This document shows, piece by piece, positions 18,604 through 28,147 of a stretch of 42,718 bases of DNA. Source of the stretch: Thermoplasmata archaeon (GTDB taxonomy: Archaea > Thermoplasmatota > UBA186 > UBA287); assembly GCA_011620765.1 (NCBI GenBank), contig WOYO01000059.1, positions 1-42,718 of the forward strand, in the 5' to 3' direction. The notes under the pieces were generated by a model, which saw only the letters and a program-made list of their open reading frames with translations, ran no database searches and had not been told where the DNA came from. Made by a program: the position numbers and the translations under genes. Position 1 is the first letter of the stretch. Every line of letters begins with the position of its first letter.

Positions 18604-19694
18604 TCAATTCCGCCCCTCTGTGCGCTGGTCACAACCTCTGCGCTTTCAACCTCTTTGAGACCTCTCCTGCTGTACGGGCCGAGCACATCTGGCGAATGAA
18701 CCCCGGTGATTATCGCCATGACCTTGACTCTGCCCTTCATGTCATCGCTAACTCTCGTACCGAATATCACATTTGCATTGGGGTCTAAGGCGTTTGTTAG
18801 CCCATCGGTTATCTTTGCAGCCTCCTCTATTGTGAGATCCGGTCCTCCGCTTATGTGTATGAGTGCTCCAGTGCCATGGTTGTACTCCACTTCAAGCAGC
18901 GGCTGGTTCAGTGCAGCGGAAACAATTTTTCTCACTGTTTCATCGGCACTTCCGCCATGTGGGGCTTCACCATAGAGCATGACAGCCACACCACCACAGC
19001 TCATGATCGTCCTGACATCAGCAAAATCCAGGTTTATCAGAGAAGGCTTTGTTATGGTCTCGCTTATGCCCCCTACAGTCTCTGCGATCAGCTGATCTAT
19101 AACTGAGAATGCTGCATTCACCGGCAGGTTTGGAAAGTAACGTAGCAGCTTGTTGTTATCCAGTATGACTGTAGTATCACATATCTTCGAGAGCTCATAC
19201 AGACCTTTACGCGCCTGATTTAAGCGTCCGCCGCGTTCAACCTCAAATGGCGTGGTAACCATGCCTACAGTTATTGCCCCCATCTCTTTTGCGATCTTTG
19301 CAACCACTGGAGCACTTCCGGTACCTGTACCTCCACCCATGCCAGCAGTTATAAAGACAAGATCGCTTCCAGATATGGCCTCCTTTATTGCCATGCTATC
19401 TGTCTCAGCGCACTTTCTTCCTACCTCAGGATCTCCACCTGCACCAAGCCCTCTGGTTATGCTCTTTCCTATTATTAGCTTTATATCGCTGCTTATCGCA
19501 CTGAGATGCAGAGCGTCTGTGTTTATTGCCACTGTCTTCCCGCTTTTGAGGTCTATCTGCTTAAGGCGATTCACGCTATTGTTGCCAGCTCCTCCGCATC
19601 CTACCACAACGATGTTAGGACCACCGTATAACCCCTCACCCAGCTGCTTTACCTGTGCAGCATATTTTACCGCATCATTTACTATACTATTCAT
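18591..19694 (-). CDS. ftsZ: cell division GTPase FtsZ
   Basis: 367 aa with the tubulin signature AGMGGGTGTGSAPV, plus VGCGGAGNN and NTDALHL. Confidence 0.95.
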   Translation of the reverse strand: MNSIVNDAVKYAAQVKQLGEGLYGGPNIVVVGCGGAGNNSVNRLKQIDLKSGKTVAINTDALHLSAISSDIKLIIGKSITRGLGAGGDPEVGRKCAETDSMAIKEAISGSDLVFITAGMGGGTGTGSAPVVAKIAKEMGAITVGMVTTPFEVERGGRLNQARKGLYELSKICDTTVILDNNKLLRYFPNLPVNAAFSVIDQLIAETVGGISETITKPSLINLDFADVRTIMSCGGVAVMLYGEAPHGGSADETVRKIVSAALNQPLLEVEYNHGTGALIHISGGPDLTIEEAAKITDGLTNALDPNANVIFGTRVSDDMKGRVKVMAIITGVHSPDVLGPYSRRGLKEVESAEVVTSAQRGGIEWIS

Positions 19695-19739
19695 TTTTTC
19701 CTCCTCTTTTTTTTACTCTTTTTTGTCCCATCCCCTCAC

Positions 19740-19991
19740 TTATTCGCGCAGATATTTCTCTTCTTCCTCTGCCTGTTTTATCGCCTTAGAGACATAATCC
19801 TGAAGTTTCTCTTTGGCACTGAGACTCTCCACAACGTCTTTTATCTTTGTATTGAGGAAGAGCTTCACAGCCTCTCTTACTACGTCTGATCTGTTTGAGT
19901 ATTCTCCTATCACTACAAGGTTATCTATCTCATTGACCATTTTTTTTGGCAACCTTACTGTTATCCTTTCAGACATCTCTTTTCTTACCAT
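19740..19991 (-). CDS. cdrS: ribbon-helix-helix (CopG/MetJ) transcription regulator, CdrS-like by position upstream of ftsZ
   Basis: ERITVRLPKKMVNEIDNL....RSDVVREAVKLFL gives a beta-strand/helix/helix pattern. I prefer the ATG at 19991; the longest ORF uses a TTG at 20024. Confidence 0.75.
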   Translation of the reverse strand: MVRKEMSERITVRLPKKMVNEIDNLVVIGEYSNRSDVVREAVKLFLNTKIKDVVESLSAKEKLQDYVSKAIKQAEEEEKYLRE

Positions 19992-20013
19992 GTTTATGCT
20001 CTCTGGGCGACTT

Positions 20014-20035
20014 TTGTCAGACAAAAGTCTGACAA
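20014..20035. promoter_or_regulatory. perfect 9-bp inverted repeat TTGTCAGAC-AAAA-GTCTGACAA at the 5' end of the cdrS-ftsZ transcription unit
   Basis: Read directly from the sequence. Lies between the shared TATA region (20057-20069) and the cdrS ATG (19991). Confidence 0.5.
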
Positions 20036-20056
20036 TATATCATATTGTAAGAGGTC

Positions 20057-20069
20057 TATATATATTAAT
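20057..20069. promoter_or_regulatory. alternating TATATATATTAAT tract, candidate bidirectional TATA region (cdrS-ftsZ leftward, rnhA rightward)
   Basis: The only strong A/T box in the 128-nt divergent intergenic region. Confidence 0.4.
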
Positions 20070-20105
20070 TTTGGTAAATGATTTGGTAAATAATTTGGTA
20101 ATCAA
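20070..20105. repeat. three tandem 12-nt direct repeats TTTGGTAAATGA / TTTGGTAAATAA / TTTGGTAATCAA
   Basis: Read directly from the sequence. The 12-nt register places TTTGGTAA roughly once per helical turn, next to the TATA tract. Confidence 0.7.
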
Positions 20106-20152
20106 TAAGATAGACAGAGCAAAGAATATATTGCCGCAAAAACAGTGGATAT

Positions 20153-20563
20153 ATGATCTATGTATACACCGATGGGGCCTCCAGAGGAAATCCTGGAATG
20201 GCTGCTGCAGGTTTCATGATATTCAAAGGATCTCAGAAGGTCTTTGAGGAATTTAGATACCTTGGAATAGCCACAAACAATGAAGCGGAATACAACGCGC
20301 TCATATTTGCTATGAATAAAGCAAAAATGATAGACAAAAATGCAAGGATCTTTTCCGACAGCGAGCTTATGATCAAACAGCTGACAGGGATGTACAGGGT
20401 AAAGAGCGAAAGATTGAAAGAGCTTTTCAGAACGGTGAAGGATCTTGAAAGAGAATTTTTACACATCTCATATCAAAACCTGCCGAGAGAGAATGAGAGG
20501 ATAGCCGCAGTGGATAAAAAGCTCAATACGCTTCTCAATTCTATTGGAAAGGAGGATTTGTGA
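20153..20563 (+). CDS. rnhA: ribonuclease HI
   Basis: 136 aa with YTDGASRGNPG, NNEAEYNAL and FSDSELM, the type-1 RNase H catalytic contexts. Confidence 0.85.
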   Translation: MIYVYTDGASRGNPGMAAAGFMIFKGSQKVFEEFRYLGIATNNEAEYNALIFAMNKAKMIDKNARIFSDSELMIKQLTGMYRVKSERLKELFRTVKDLEREFLHISYQNLPRENERIAAVDKKLNTLLNSIGKEDL

Positions 20564-20861
20564 AAAGAACCCAGAAACACATCCATGTCAGTATATAAAC
20601 GCCCCCGGCTGAAAACCAGTCCATAACCTTCATATTATATCTCTTCCTTAAAATAGTCACAAGCAAGGCTATCGCAAAAAGACCTATTATAAACGCAGGA
20701 GGAAAGCCGGCAAAATAATGAACAATCTCCGAAACAGCAGACATCAAAAGTCCAAATCCAAAAGACATCAGAGCCACAAACGTTCCTTTTTTTGTGTCGT
20801 TGTAAAATTGCCCTTCATCAAATTCGGGTACTTCCAGTACATCGTCCTTCTTCTCAGCCAT
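20541..20861 (-). CDS. hypothetical membrane protein (three hydrophobic helices)
   Basis: 106-aa ORF with an acidic N-terminus followed by TM-length segments. Confidence 0.5.
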   Translation of the reverse strand: MAEKKDDVLEVPEFDEGQFYNDTKKGTFVALMSFGFGLLMSAVSEIVHYFAGFPPAFIIGLFAIALLVTILRKRYNMKVMDWFSAGGVYILTWMCFWVLFTNPPFQ

Positions 20862-20881
20862 TATCCATAATTGAGTGCTCT

Positions 20882-21229
20882 TTATTTATTCTTTGTCCTG
20901 ACTTCCCCTTTACCTTTCTCACCCTGCATCTTCATTTCTTCTATTTTCCGTTTGAATCTTTCTACGCCCCTAAAGCGGATCATATCTACTGGAAAGACGT
21001 ATTCTTTGTTTCCCATTACAAGGTTGTTATCTTCGTCAAATTTCAGGAAGATAACTTTGACTAGCTTCCCCCTTTCCGGTAGTTCTATCTTGTGCTTCTG
21101 AAGCCAGTAGGCAACCTGCTTTTTTCTTTCTGCAGGATCTTCATAAGGGTCGCTGGTACAGATCGCTATGGTTGAGCCCCATGGATGAACAACCTCTCCC
21201 TTTTTTATCTTCTGTATCTTTCCACCCAT
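20882..21229 (-). CDS. hypothetical basic protein (115 aa)
   Basis: Start trimmed to the ATG at 21229, because the longer ORF runs into the tRNA-Ser gene. Protein-like K/E-rich composition; no motif recognised. Confidence 0.5.
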   Translation of the reverse strand: MGGKIQKIKKGEVVHPWGSTIAICTSDPYEDPAERKKQVAYWLQKHKIELPERGKLVKVIFLKFDEDNNLVMGNKEYVFPVDMIRFRGVERFKRKIEEMKMQGEKGKGEVRTKNK

Positions 21230-21246
21230 TTTTCTTTTTCCCTCAG

Positions 21247-21330
21247 CGCGGGGAGTGGGATTTGAACCCACGCGGCGCAAAGCGCCAACAGCTTAGCAGG
21301 CTGTCGCCTTACCACCTGGGCCATCCCCGC
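21247..21330 (-). tRNA. tRNA-Ser (anticodon GCU) with a long variable arm
   Basis: Acceptor GCGGGGA/TCCCCGC. Anticodon stem ACAGC/GCTGT with loop CTGCTAA. Variable-arm hairpin GGCGC-TTT-GCGCC. T arm GTGGG-TTCAAAT-CCCAC. Discriminator G; CCA not encoded. Confidence 0.9.
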
Positions 21331-21408
21331 TTTAAGCCATATTGTTATTGGTAATTAAAACTTTTCTCAGAAAATAATTTAAGATATGAAAACGAAATAT
21401 GTATTTGA

Positions 21409-22416
21409 ATGAGAAAACTAATAAAATACTTTCCGATTCTTATTTTTCTTCTATCTCTAGCGTCAGCGCAGTTTTTCTCTCCACCAACAGAGATCACTGC
21501 ATCTATGGAGATGGCATATACCTATGAAGATATCCTCTCTTTAGAGCTACATGTGAGCGATGTATCACAGAGCCCAATAGAATATTTATGGGATCAATCT
21601 ACAATAGTGAGATATTCAGAGAGCCCGACAAGAACAGCCAGCTACGATAGCATCAATATGCACACATGGGAAAAGAGCTTTGATGAAGAGAGCAGTGGTA
21701 GCATAAGGGTGGGGTACGCTGTTGTTTCAAGGAGATCATCTTTTGAGGGAGATAAGGAAGCAAGAATAGAGGAAAGCCCTTCATGGGCTAAAGAGAGATA
21801 CCTGAAGAATGAATCAATAGTGGATAGCAGCAATAGGGAGATAAAGCTCATAGAGATCAATGAAGGGATGAAGAGCCTGGCAGAGAACATAACAGGTGAT
21901 GAAGAGAGAATATATTATGCCTCTGAGATGTTATATGAATGGATAGTTGATAACATAAGGTACAGGATAGATAACGATCCATACCCTAAGGGAGCTTTCA
22001 GGACGCTTGAGGAAAGGGTAGGGGACTGTGATGATATGAGCGCTCTGTTCTGCTCCTTAGCGAGGAGCATAGGGATACCATGCTACATGGTGGATGGTTA
22101 TGTTATAAACAGGGCAGGGGATCTACCGTATGCTCACACATGGGCAGCTGCTGTTGTGCCGGGCGAAGAGAGGATATTTGATGCTTTAGCTGTAGATCCT
22201 GCTTTCAGAGAGTTCGGTTATAAGGGTGCCAATAAGATAGTTGTTGGCTTTGATCCTGGGAGCAGTGAATACATGCAGAAAGCATACAGAACTTTTAAAT
22301 TCACCTACGAGAACAGCGATGGAACAAACGGCGGTGCTGCAATAGTGTCTGTTGCAAAAGGTTATGTTGATGATAGGGATCCTCTCTATGATGTAAAGAA
22401 GAGATCCATGATGTAA
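21409..22416 (+). CDS. secreted or membrane-anchored transglutaminase-like cysteine protease-fold protein
   Basis: N-terminal signal/anchor MRKLIKYFPILIFLLSLASA. Cys-His-Asp core in GDCDDMSALF, YAHTWAA, VDPA. Confidence 0.8.
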   Translation: MRKLIKYFPILIFLLSLASAQFFSPPTEITASMEMAYTYEDILSLELHVSDVSQSPIEYLWDQSTIVRYSESPTRTASYDSINMHTWEKSFDEESSGSIRVGYAVVSRRSSFEGDKEARIEESPSWAKERYLKNESIVDSSNREIKLIEINEGMKSLAENITGDEERIYYASEMLYEWIVDNIRYRIDNDPYPKGAFRTLEERVGDCDDMSALFCSLARSIGIPCYMVDGYVINRAGDLPYAHTWAAAVVPGEERIFDALAVDPAFREFGYKGANKIVVGFDPGSSEYMQKAYRTFKFTYENSDGTNGGAAIVSVAKGYVDDRDPLYDVKKRSMM

Positions 22417-22419
22417 GGA

Positions 22420-23154
22420 CTACACTATAAGTGTATCGGGGCTGCTGTTTAACACAGTCTCAAAGCTCAGAGCTCCAAAGTTCTCGGTGTCTATAACAAA
22501 CTTTAGTCTGATCCCTTCAAAAAATTTCTCATAAACTCTGAGAGAGAAAACGCTGTTTTTCTTTATCCTTAACCCCTCTAATGCACCGGGCATATACGCC
22601 TTTCCTTTATAGATTATGTCAAAATTTTTGCAGAGCTCCCCATTCACATAGAGTTCAGCTGCGTTTATTTTCACTCTATCATATTTTCTTCTCTTTGGTC
22701 CCTTAAAGAGGTAGAACTCGCATATAAAATTTTTAATATCTACAGTAAAATAATCCCCGCCCCTTTGAAGGGAATCTTTTATAGTAGCTAATGATAGAAG
22801 GCTTTCCGGTAAGTGCTCAACAGCTTCATTCTTAAGCACATCTATTTCTTCTACTGCGTATCTTAATTTCTTTCTTAGCTCGTTGCTATCTCTATTTTTT
22901 CTCTCTGCTTTAGCTACGCTTTTTTCAAGATGCGCAACCTTTTTTTTTCTCTTGTTTATCTCTTTATCCACCTTCTTTAGCACCTTATCCTTATGCTTTA
23001 AAATCTCATCAAGATGTGCATTTATGGCTTTCTCTATCTCTTTTTTTTCATCAGGGTATAGAGCAGAATTGTACTTTCTGTAGAGCTTATCTATTTCTCT
23101 CAGGTGAGAGTCCATCTCCTCGGAAAGGGAGAGCAAGGAGAAATAGAGTGCCAT
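22420..23154 (-). CDS. hypothetical protein: N-terminal coiled coil plus a C-terminal beta-rich domain
   Basis: 244-aa ORF. K/E-rich heptad-like first half; no motif recognised. Confidence 0.55.
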   Translation of the reverse strand: MALYFSLLSLSEEMDSHLREIDKLYRKYNSALYPDEKKEIEKAINAHLDEILKHKDKVLKKVDKEINKRKKKVAHLEKSVAKAERKNRDSNELRKKLRYAVEEIDVLKNEAVEHLPESLLSLATIKDSLQRGGDYFTVDIKNFICEFYLFKGPKRRKYDRVKINAAELYVNGELCKNFDIIYKGKAYMPGALEGLRIKKNSVFSLRVYEKFFEGIRLKFVIDTENFGALSFETVLNSSPDTLIV

Positions 23155-23207
23155 ATCTTATAATATGCATACTGAATATTTAACCTTATTGAATGTTTGG
23201 TTGAGGT

Positions 23208-25748
23208 TTAACATCCTTTTTGCGATCCTTTCTTTCTTTTTCTAAAAATTACCTTTCTAAGCTCTATCGCTCCAAAAGCAAGAAGTGCAGTCAAAAAAAC
23301 GATCGCCATATCATTGATACCCAGAGGTTCTGTTCCGAAGATGGGCGATAAGAATGGAACATAAATGACCATAAGCGCAAGGAGCAAAGAACTGAAAAAA
23401 GCTAGAGCCATTATACGTGTGGGAATATATTCTCTCTCAAAAGCGTAGTGCTCATCATACCTCACGCTCAGAGCAACGCAGAGCTGTACAAGAATGAGAG
23501 TCAAAAAAGCACAGGTTCTAGCATACACTATGCCTTCTGAACCATTAACTATCAGGAAAACGGAGAGTGTTGCTATTGTCTCCAGCACAGAGATCCATCC
23601 TATGTCAAAGATCATAGCCCTTGTTATTATTCCTTCTTTTTGTTTCCTTGGCTCTCTATTCATAACATCCTTTGCTATCCCATCCATAGACATCGCTATA
23701 GCAGGCAAACCATCTGTGACCAGGTTCATCCACAGTATCTGTATTGCAAGCAGGGGGAGCTCCAAACCGGCGATTATAGCAAGGAATATTATGAGCACCT
23801 CGCCCACATTGCAGGATAGAAGATAGCGAACAGCCTTCTTTATGTTATCATATATCCCTCTTCCATGCTCAACTGCATTGACTATTGTGGCAAAGTTGTC
23901 ATCCTGGAGTATCATATCACTTGCTTCTTTAGCAACATCAGTTCCTGTTATTCCCATTGCTATACCTATATCTGCGTTCTTCAATGCTGGGGCATCGTTT
24001 ACGCCATCGCCGGTCATAGCAACTACATGCCCCTTTTTGCGCAGAGCATCAACTATGTTCAGCTTATGCTCGGGTTTTACCCTTGCATAAACCGAAACCC
24101 TTTCAGCATCATTCGCAAAACCCTCTACAGCAGTGTTGTCCTTACCCAGGATTCCTACTTCTTTAGCTATTGCAGAGGCTGTAAGCAGGTGATCACCTGT
24201 TATCATTATGGGTCTTATTCCTGCATTTTTGCACCGCTCAACAGCGTCCTTAACACCCTCTCTTGGAGGATCTATCATCCCCATGAGCCCTGTAAATATT
24301 AGATCCCTTTCTATCTCCTCATCATTCATACTCTTAAGCTCATCCCTGGGCTTATAGGCAAATGCAAGAACTCTCAAAGCATTTTTTGCAAAGCTTTCAT
24401 TAATTTCCAATATCCTTTTTCTATCATCTTCATTTATCTCCCTTACCTCTCCATCTTCGAGAAGCCTGTTGCATAAGCTTAGAATGATCTCCGGCGCTCC
24501 CTTAACGCACACCATATCCCTATGCACGGTGCTCATTCTTTTTCTTAGAGAATCAAAGGAGATCTCATAGTCCCTAGGGCTCTTTTCCCTGAGGCTCTTG
24601 AAATCAACACCGTATTTTGCGGCTGCAACAAGGAGCGCGCCCTCCGTTGGATCTCCTATAACTTTATCATTTAAATTTGCGTCATTGCACAGAACAGCGA
24701 TCTCAAATAATTTTTCTAGACCCTCTGCTTCTTCACCGTCCTTGAGGATCATGCCCTCTGTAGAATAACCTGTGCCCTCTACTTCAAACACAGAGGAGTT
24801 TGCATATATCTTCTTTACTGTCATCTCATTCTTTGTCAGCGTGCCCGTTTTATCTGTGCATATAACATCAACAGAACCCAGGGTTTCGACAGCCTTCAGC
24901 CTTCTGACCAATGCATTTCTCTTGGCCATCTGCTGGACTCCTATAGCGAGGGTTATTGTAACTACCGCAGGCAAACCCTCAGGTATGGCAGCAACCGCAA
25001 GGGTTATGGCTATGAAAAACATATCAAATGGCTCTATACTTCTTAACACTCCTGCGAAAAAGACTATTGCAATAATACCAACTATGGCATAGGCTAGCTG
25101 TTTTCCAAAACGATCCAGCTGCATCTGTAAGGGCGTCTTTGCTCCTTCTGTGCTCTGAACAAGCTCTGCTATCTTGCCGAACTCAGTGCTCATGCCGATA
25201 GCTATGACTTTTCCTTTAGCTCTTCCATTGGTTATGGTACACCCCATGAAAGCTTTTTCTCCAGCCCCTTTGTTAACCGGAGCGCTCTCTCCTGTCAGGG
25301 GTGCTTCATCAACCTGTAGCCTGAAGCTCTCTATTACCTCAACATCTGCGGGTATAACATTCCCTGCCTCGAGGGCAACAATGTCTCCAACAACGATCCC
25401 TCTTGCTTCTATTTCAATAAGCTCCCCGTCTCTGTATACCCTTGCTTTAGGAGCTGCCATTTTTTTTAGCGCTTCTAAAGCTCTCTCAGCTCTGTACTCC
25501 TGAACAAAGCCAAGTGTGGCATTCAATATCACTATTATACCTATAGCTATGGCATCTATGGTCTCTCCCAGAAGAGCGCTGATAACCAGGGCTACGATCA
25601 GTATCAGAACAGGGATATCTCTGAATTGCTCAAGGAATTTGACAACAACGCTCTTCTTCTTTGTCTCCTTCAACTCGTTGTATCCATATTTTTCAAGAAG
25701 ATCCTTTGCCTCAGAGCTACTTAATCCTTCCACAAAGGTAAATGGCAC
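23208..25748 (-). CDS. P-type cation-transporting ATPase, type IIA (Ca2+-ATPase-like)
   Basis: 846 aa with ICTDKTGTLT, MITGDH, TGDGVNDAPAL, and the TM4 motif IPEGLPAV typical of the Ca2+ pump clade. Confidence 0.95.
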   Translation of the reverse strand: MPFTFVEGLSSSEAKDLLEKYGYNELKETKKKSVVVKFLEQFRDIPVLILIVALVISALLGETIDAIAIGIIVILNATLGFVQEYRAERALEALKKMAAPKARVYRDGELIEIEARGIVVGDIVALEAGNVIPADVEVIESFRLQVDEAPLTGESAPVNKGAGEKAFMGCTITNGRAKGKVIAIGMSTEFGKIAELVQSTEGAKTPLQMQLDRFGKQLAYAIVGIIAIVFFAGVLRSIEPFDMFFIAITLAVAAIPEGLPAVVTITLAIGVQQMAKRNALVRRLKAVETLGSVDVICTDKTGTLTKNEMTVKKIYANSSVFEVEGTGYSTEGMILKDGEEAEGLEKLFEIAVLCNDANLNDKVIGDPTEGALLVAAAKYGVDFKSLREKSPRDYEISFDSLRKRMSTVHRDMVCVKGAPEIILSLCNRLLEDGEVREINEDDRKRILEINESFAKNALRVLAFAYKPRDELKSMNDEEIERDLIFTGLMGMIDPPREGVKDAVERCKNAGIRPIMITGDHLLTASAIAKEVGILGKDNTAVEGFANDAERVSVYARVKPEHKLNIVDALRKKGHVVAMTGDGVNDAPALKNADIGIAMGITGTDVAKEASDMILQDDNFATIVNAVEHGRGIYDNIKKAVRYLLSCNVGEVLIIFLAIIAGLELPLLAIQILWMNLVTDGLPAIAMSMDGIAKDVMNREPRKQKEGIITRAMIFDIGWISVLETIATLSVFLIVNGSEGIVYARTCAFLTLILVQLCVALSVRYDEHYAFEREYIPTRIMALAFFSSLLLALMVIYVPFLSPIFGTEPLGINDMAIVFLTALLAFGAIELRKVIFRKRKKGSQKGC

Positions 25749-25794
25749 TTTTCTTTATAGGTTTTTGGTCAAGACAGGATAGCAGTTAAAAAAG

Positions 25795-26676
25795 CTATAT
25801 CCATCCCCTTTTCCTAAAGTAGAATAGCATGGCAATGGTAATAACCAGCATAGAAAGGAGAACCGCAGGGTAGCTATACTCCCACTCCAATTCAGGCATA
25901 TTCCTGAAGTTCATTCCATACACACCAGTTATGAATGTGAGAGGAATAAAAATCGTAGACACTATTGTGAGAACCTTCATTATTTCGCTCAGTCTGCGGT
26001 TTATGCTCTCGAGGTATATCTCAATCATCTCTGCAAGCAGTTCGCTATCCACCTCTGTGCTCTCTATGACCTGTATGCTATACTCATAGAGATCCCTGAA
26101 GCGCTGCTTATCGCTTAAGATCTTCTCAGCTTCAAGCGTCCCAAAAACATCTCTCAGGGGCCAGGAAAACCTCCTAAGCTTTGTCAGTTTTCTATTTATG
26201 CTATATAGCTTTTTCATAACGCTTTCATCAGGTTTAGACAAAAGCTCTTTCTCCAGCTTTTCTATTTCCTCTTCTATACTCTCTATAGTCTCAAGGTAAT
26301 CATCAAGAACACTTTTCAATTGCAAGTAAAGCAAGAGCTCAAGAGATCTTACGTTCTCATCCATCTCGATTCTTTTTTTTGCTTCACTGTATTCTCCTCC
26401 TATAGATATGAGAAAATTCTTGCCAAAAACAAAAGAGAGCCGAACGCTATTTTTCGGGTTTCTCAATATTATAAATACCCCACCCTCAAACTCCTCAACT
26501 CTGTCTCTGCGCTCCTTATCTATGAGCTCCAGAAAGAAACTGTTAACTATATCAACTGATTCGAGGGCTTTCTTTGCCTCTTTTTTATCGCCAACAACTA
26601 TCCAGAGCTTCTTCCCTTTATCAACAGTTTCAAGCTTTTCGATGCCAGCTTTTGTTAGCGCAAATATCTGCATCAT
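25795..26676 (-). CDS. corA: CorA-family Mg2+/Co2+ transporter
   Basis: 293 aa with a GVYGMNF signature before the last TM helix. Confidence 0.9.
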   Translation of the reverse strand: MMQIFALTKAGIEKLETVDKGKKLWIVVGDKKEAKKALESVDIVNSFFLELIDKERRDRVEEFEGGVFIILRNPKNSVRLSFVFGKNFLISIGGEYSEAKKRIEMDENVRSLELLLYLQLKSVLDDYLETIESIEEEIEKLEKELLSKPDESVMKKLYSINRKLTKLRRFSWPLRDVFGTLEAEKILSDKQRFRDLYEYSIQVIESTEVDSELLAEMIEIYLESINRRLSEIMKVLTIVSTIFIPLTFITGVYGMNFRNMPELEWEYSYPAVLLSMLVITIAMLFYFRKRGWI

Positions 26677-26848
26677 GCCACATCATCCAATTGTGGGTAT
26701 ATAAAGAATTCTTAGAGAACCGTTTACAGAGCAAACAGCTTTTTTCTTTATATGATTTTGTATCATTATAAGCTAATCTTCAAGAGCTCCTGCAGTCATA
26801 TTTTCTATTTCATGTAACGCATTCTCTTTTCATTCCATCTATCCCTTA

Positions 26849-28042
26849 TTAAGAGAGCTTATCCAAGGATTTGTCTATCTCATGTAAAATTGGTTCATCA
26901 GCTCTGCCTCTGTACTCTACAGTGTCTCTAATCTCAAAATTTGTCTCGCTAAGAATGTTCTTTATCACCCTTGCGGCAGCGCCCCCCCATCCATAGCTCG
27001 ATATCATCAGCACAGACTTTTTGTAGTTTGCCTTATGGGCTAACTGCCTGGCAAAGAACTCCATCATTGGAAATGCACCCGCTTCATATGTTGATGCTCC
27101 CAGTATTATCAACTCACTATCAGGCACCTCTGCAAGAGCATCGCTGATGCTGTCCTGCTCCATGTCTGTGAATTTAAAAACCTTCACGCTATCTTTTGGC
27201 AGCTTCGCTATTATATGGTCTATAGCGCCCTCAACAAAACCATACATGGAGCTGTAGACTATGAGCACTTTGCCCTTCTTTGCTTTTCCCTCTGCGATGT
27301 CTCTATAGTACTCTATGATTTTATGAGTGTCATTTTTCCATATCAACCCATGCAGGGGTGCTATCATCCTTATCTCTATATTCATACCTGAAAGTTTATC
27401 TATGCTCTTTGATATGTGCTCTTTATAGTGCCCCACGACATTAACTATGTATTTCTTTACATAATGAAGATATTCATCTAATTCACCATCATCAAATAGC
27501 TTGTCTGGCATAGAAAAGCCTCCGAATGCGTCCCCTGTGAATAGGATGCCATCCTCTACCATGTATGTGCATATTGTATCAGGCCAGTGCAACCATGGCG
27601 TATGCAGGAATTTAAGAGTCCTGCTACCTAATTTAAGCTCCTCTCCATCCGCTATTGCATGAAAATCCATCTTATCCCCTATGCCATAGAATCCGTTGAC
27701 AAGCCTTCCAGCAACCGGGTGACCAAAGACTTTTGCTCTATAACCATTGAGCTCCAGAACCTTGGGCAATGTACCGCTATGATCAGGCTCTGTATGGTGC
27801 AGAATTATATAATCTATATCCTCTATCCTTGTCAAGCCCTTTAAAGTCTCTATGAACTCTGCTTCATAGCTCCTCTTCCATCCATCAAAGAGTATTGTTT
27901 TTCCATCTGTTTTAAGCAGATATGCATTGTATGTGGCCCCCTCAGGCAAATCCCATATTGCCTCAAAACTTTTTACTCTATCATCATCAACACGCAAGAC
28001 GTAAAGCCCTTTTGTAATCTCTTCGACCCATATGCGAGGCAT
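26849..28042 (-). CDS. fprA: type A flavoprotein / flavodiiron protein (FprA): metallo-beta-lactamase-like plus flavodoxin domains
   Basis: 397 aa with the di-iron motif HHTEPDHSG and a C-terminal flavodoxin-like half (VLIVYSSMYG). Confidence 0.85.
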   Translation of the reverse strand: MPRIWVEEITKGLYVLRVDDDRVKSFEAIWDLPEGATYNAYLLKTDGKTILFDGWKRSYEAEFIETLKGLTRIEDIDYIILHHTEPDHSGTLPKVLELNGYRAKVFGHPVAGRLVNGFYGIGDKMDFHAIADGEELKLGSRTLKFLHTPWLHWPDTICTYMVEDGILFTGDAFGGFSMPDKLFDDGELDEYLHYVKKYIVNVVGHYKEHISKSIDKLSGMNIEIRMIAPLHGLIWKNDTHKIIEYYRDIAEGKAKKGKVLIVYSSMYGFVEGAIDHIIAKLPKDSVKVFKFTDMEQDSISDALAEVPDSELIILGASTYEAGAFPMMEFFARQLAHKANYKKSVLMISSYGWGGAAARVIKNILSETNFEIRDTVEYRGRADEPILHEIDKSLDKLS

Positions 28043-28147
28043 ATGAATAATAAATGAGGGTGTATAAATTTTTTATCAATGTTCTGTTTTTTTATGTTAT
28101 GCACTTCAAAGGGAAAATGTTAAAATTCAGATAATCGCTTAAGGCTA

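Noticed and set aside
20025-21330. Integrated mobile element next to the 3' end of tRNA-Ser(GCU)
   Set aside because: I saw no integrase or recombinase gene and no duplicated copy of the tRNA 3' segment that could serve as an att site. The neighbouring genes are small hypotheticals and rnhA, with the same composition as the surroundings.
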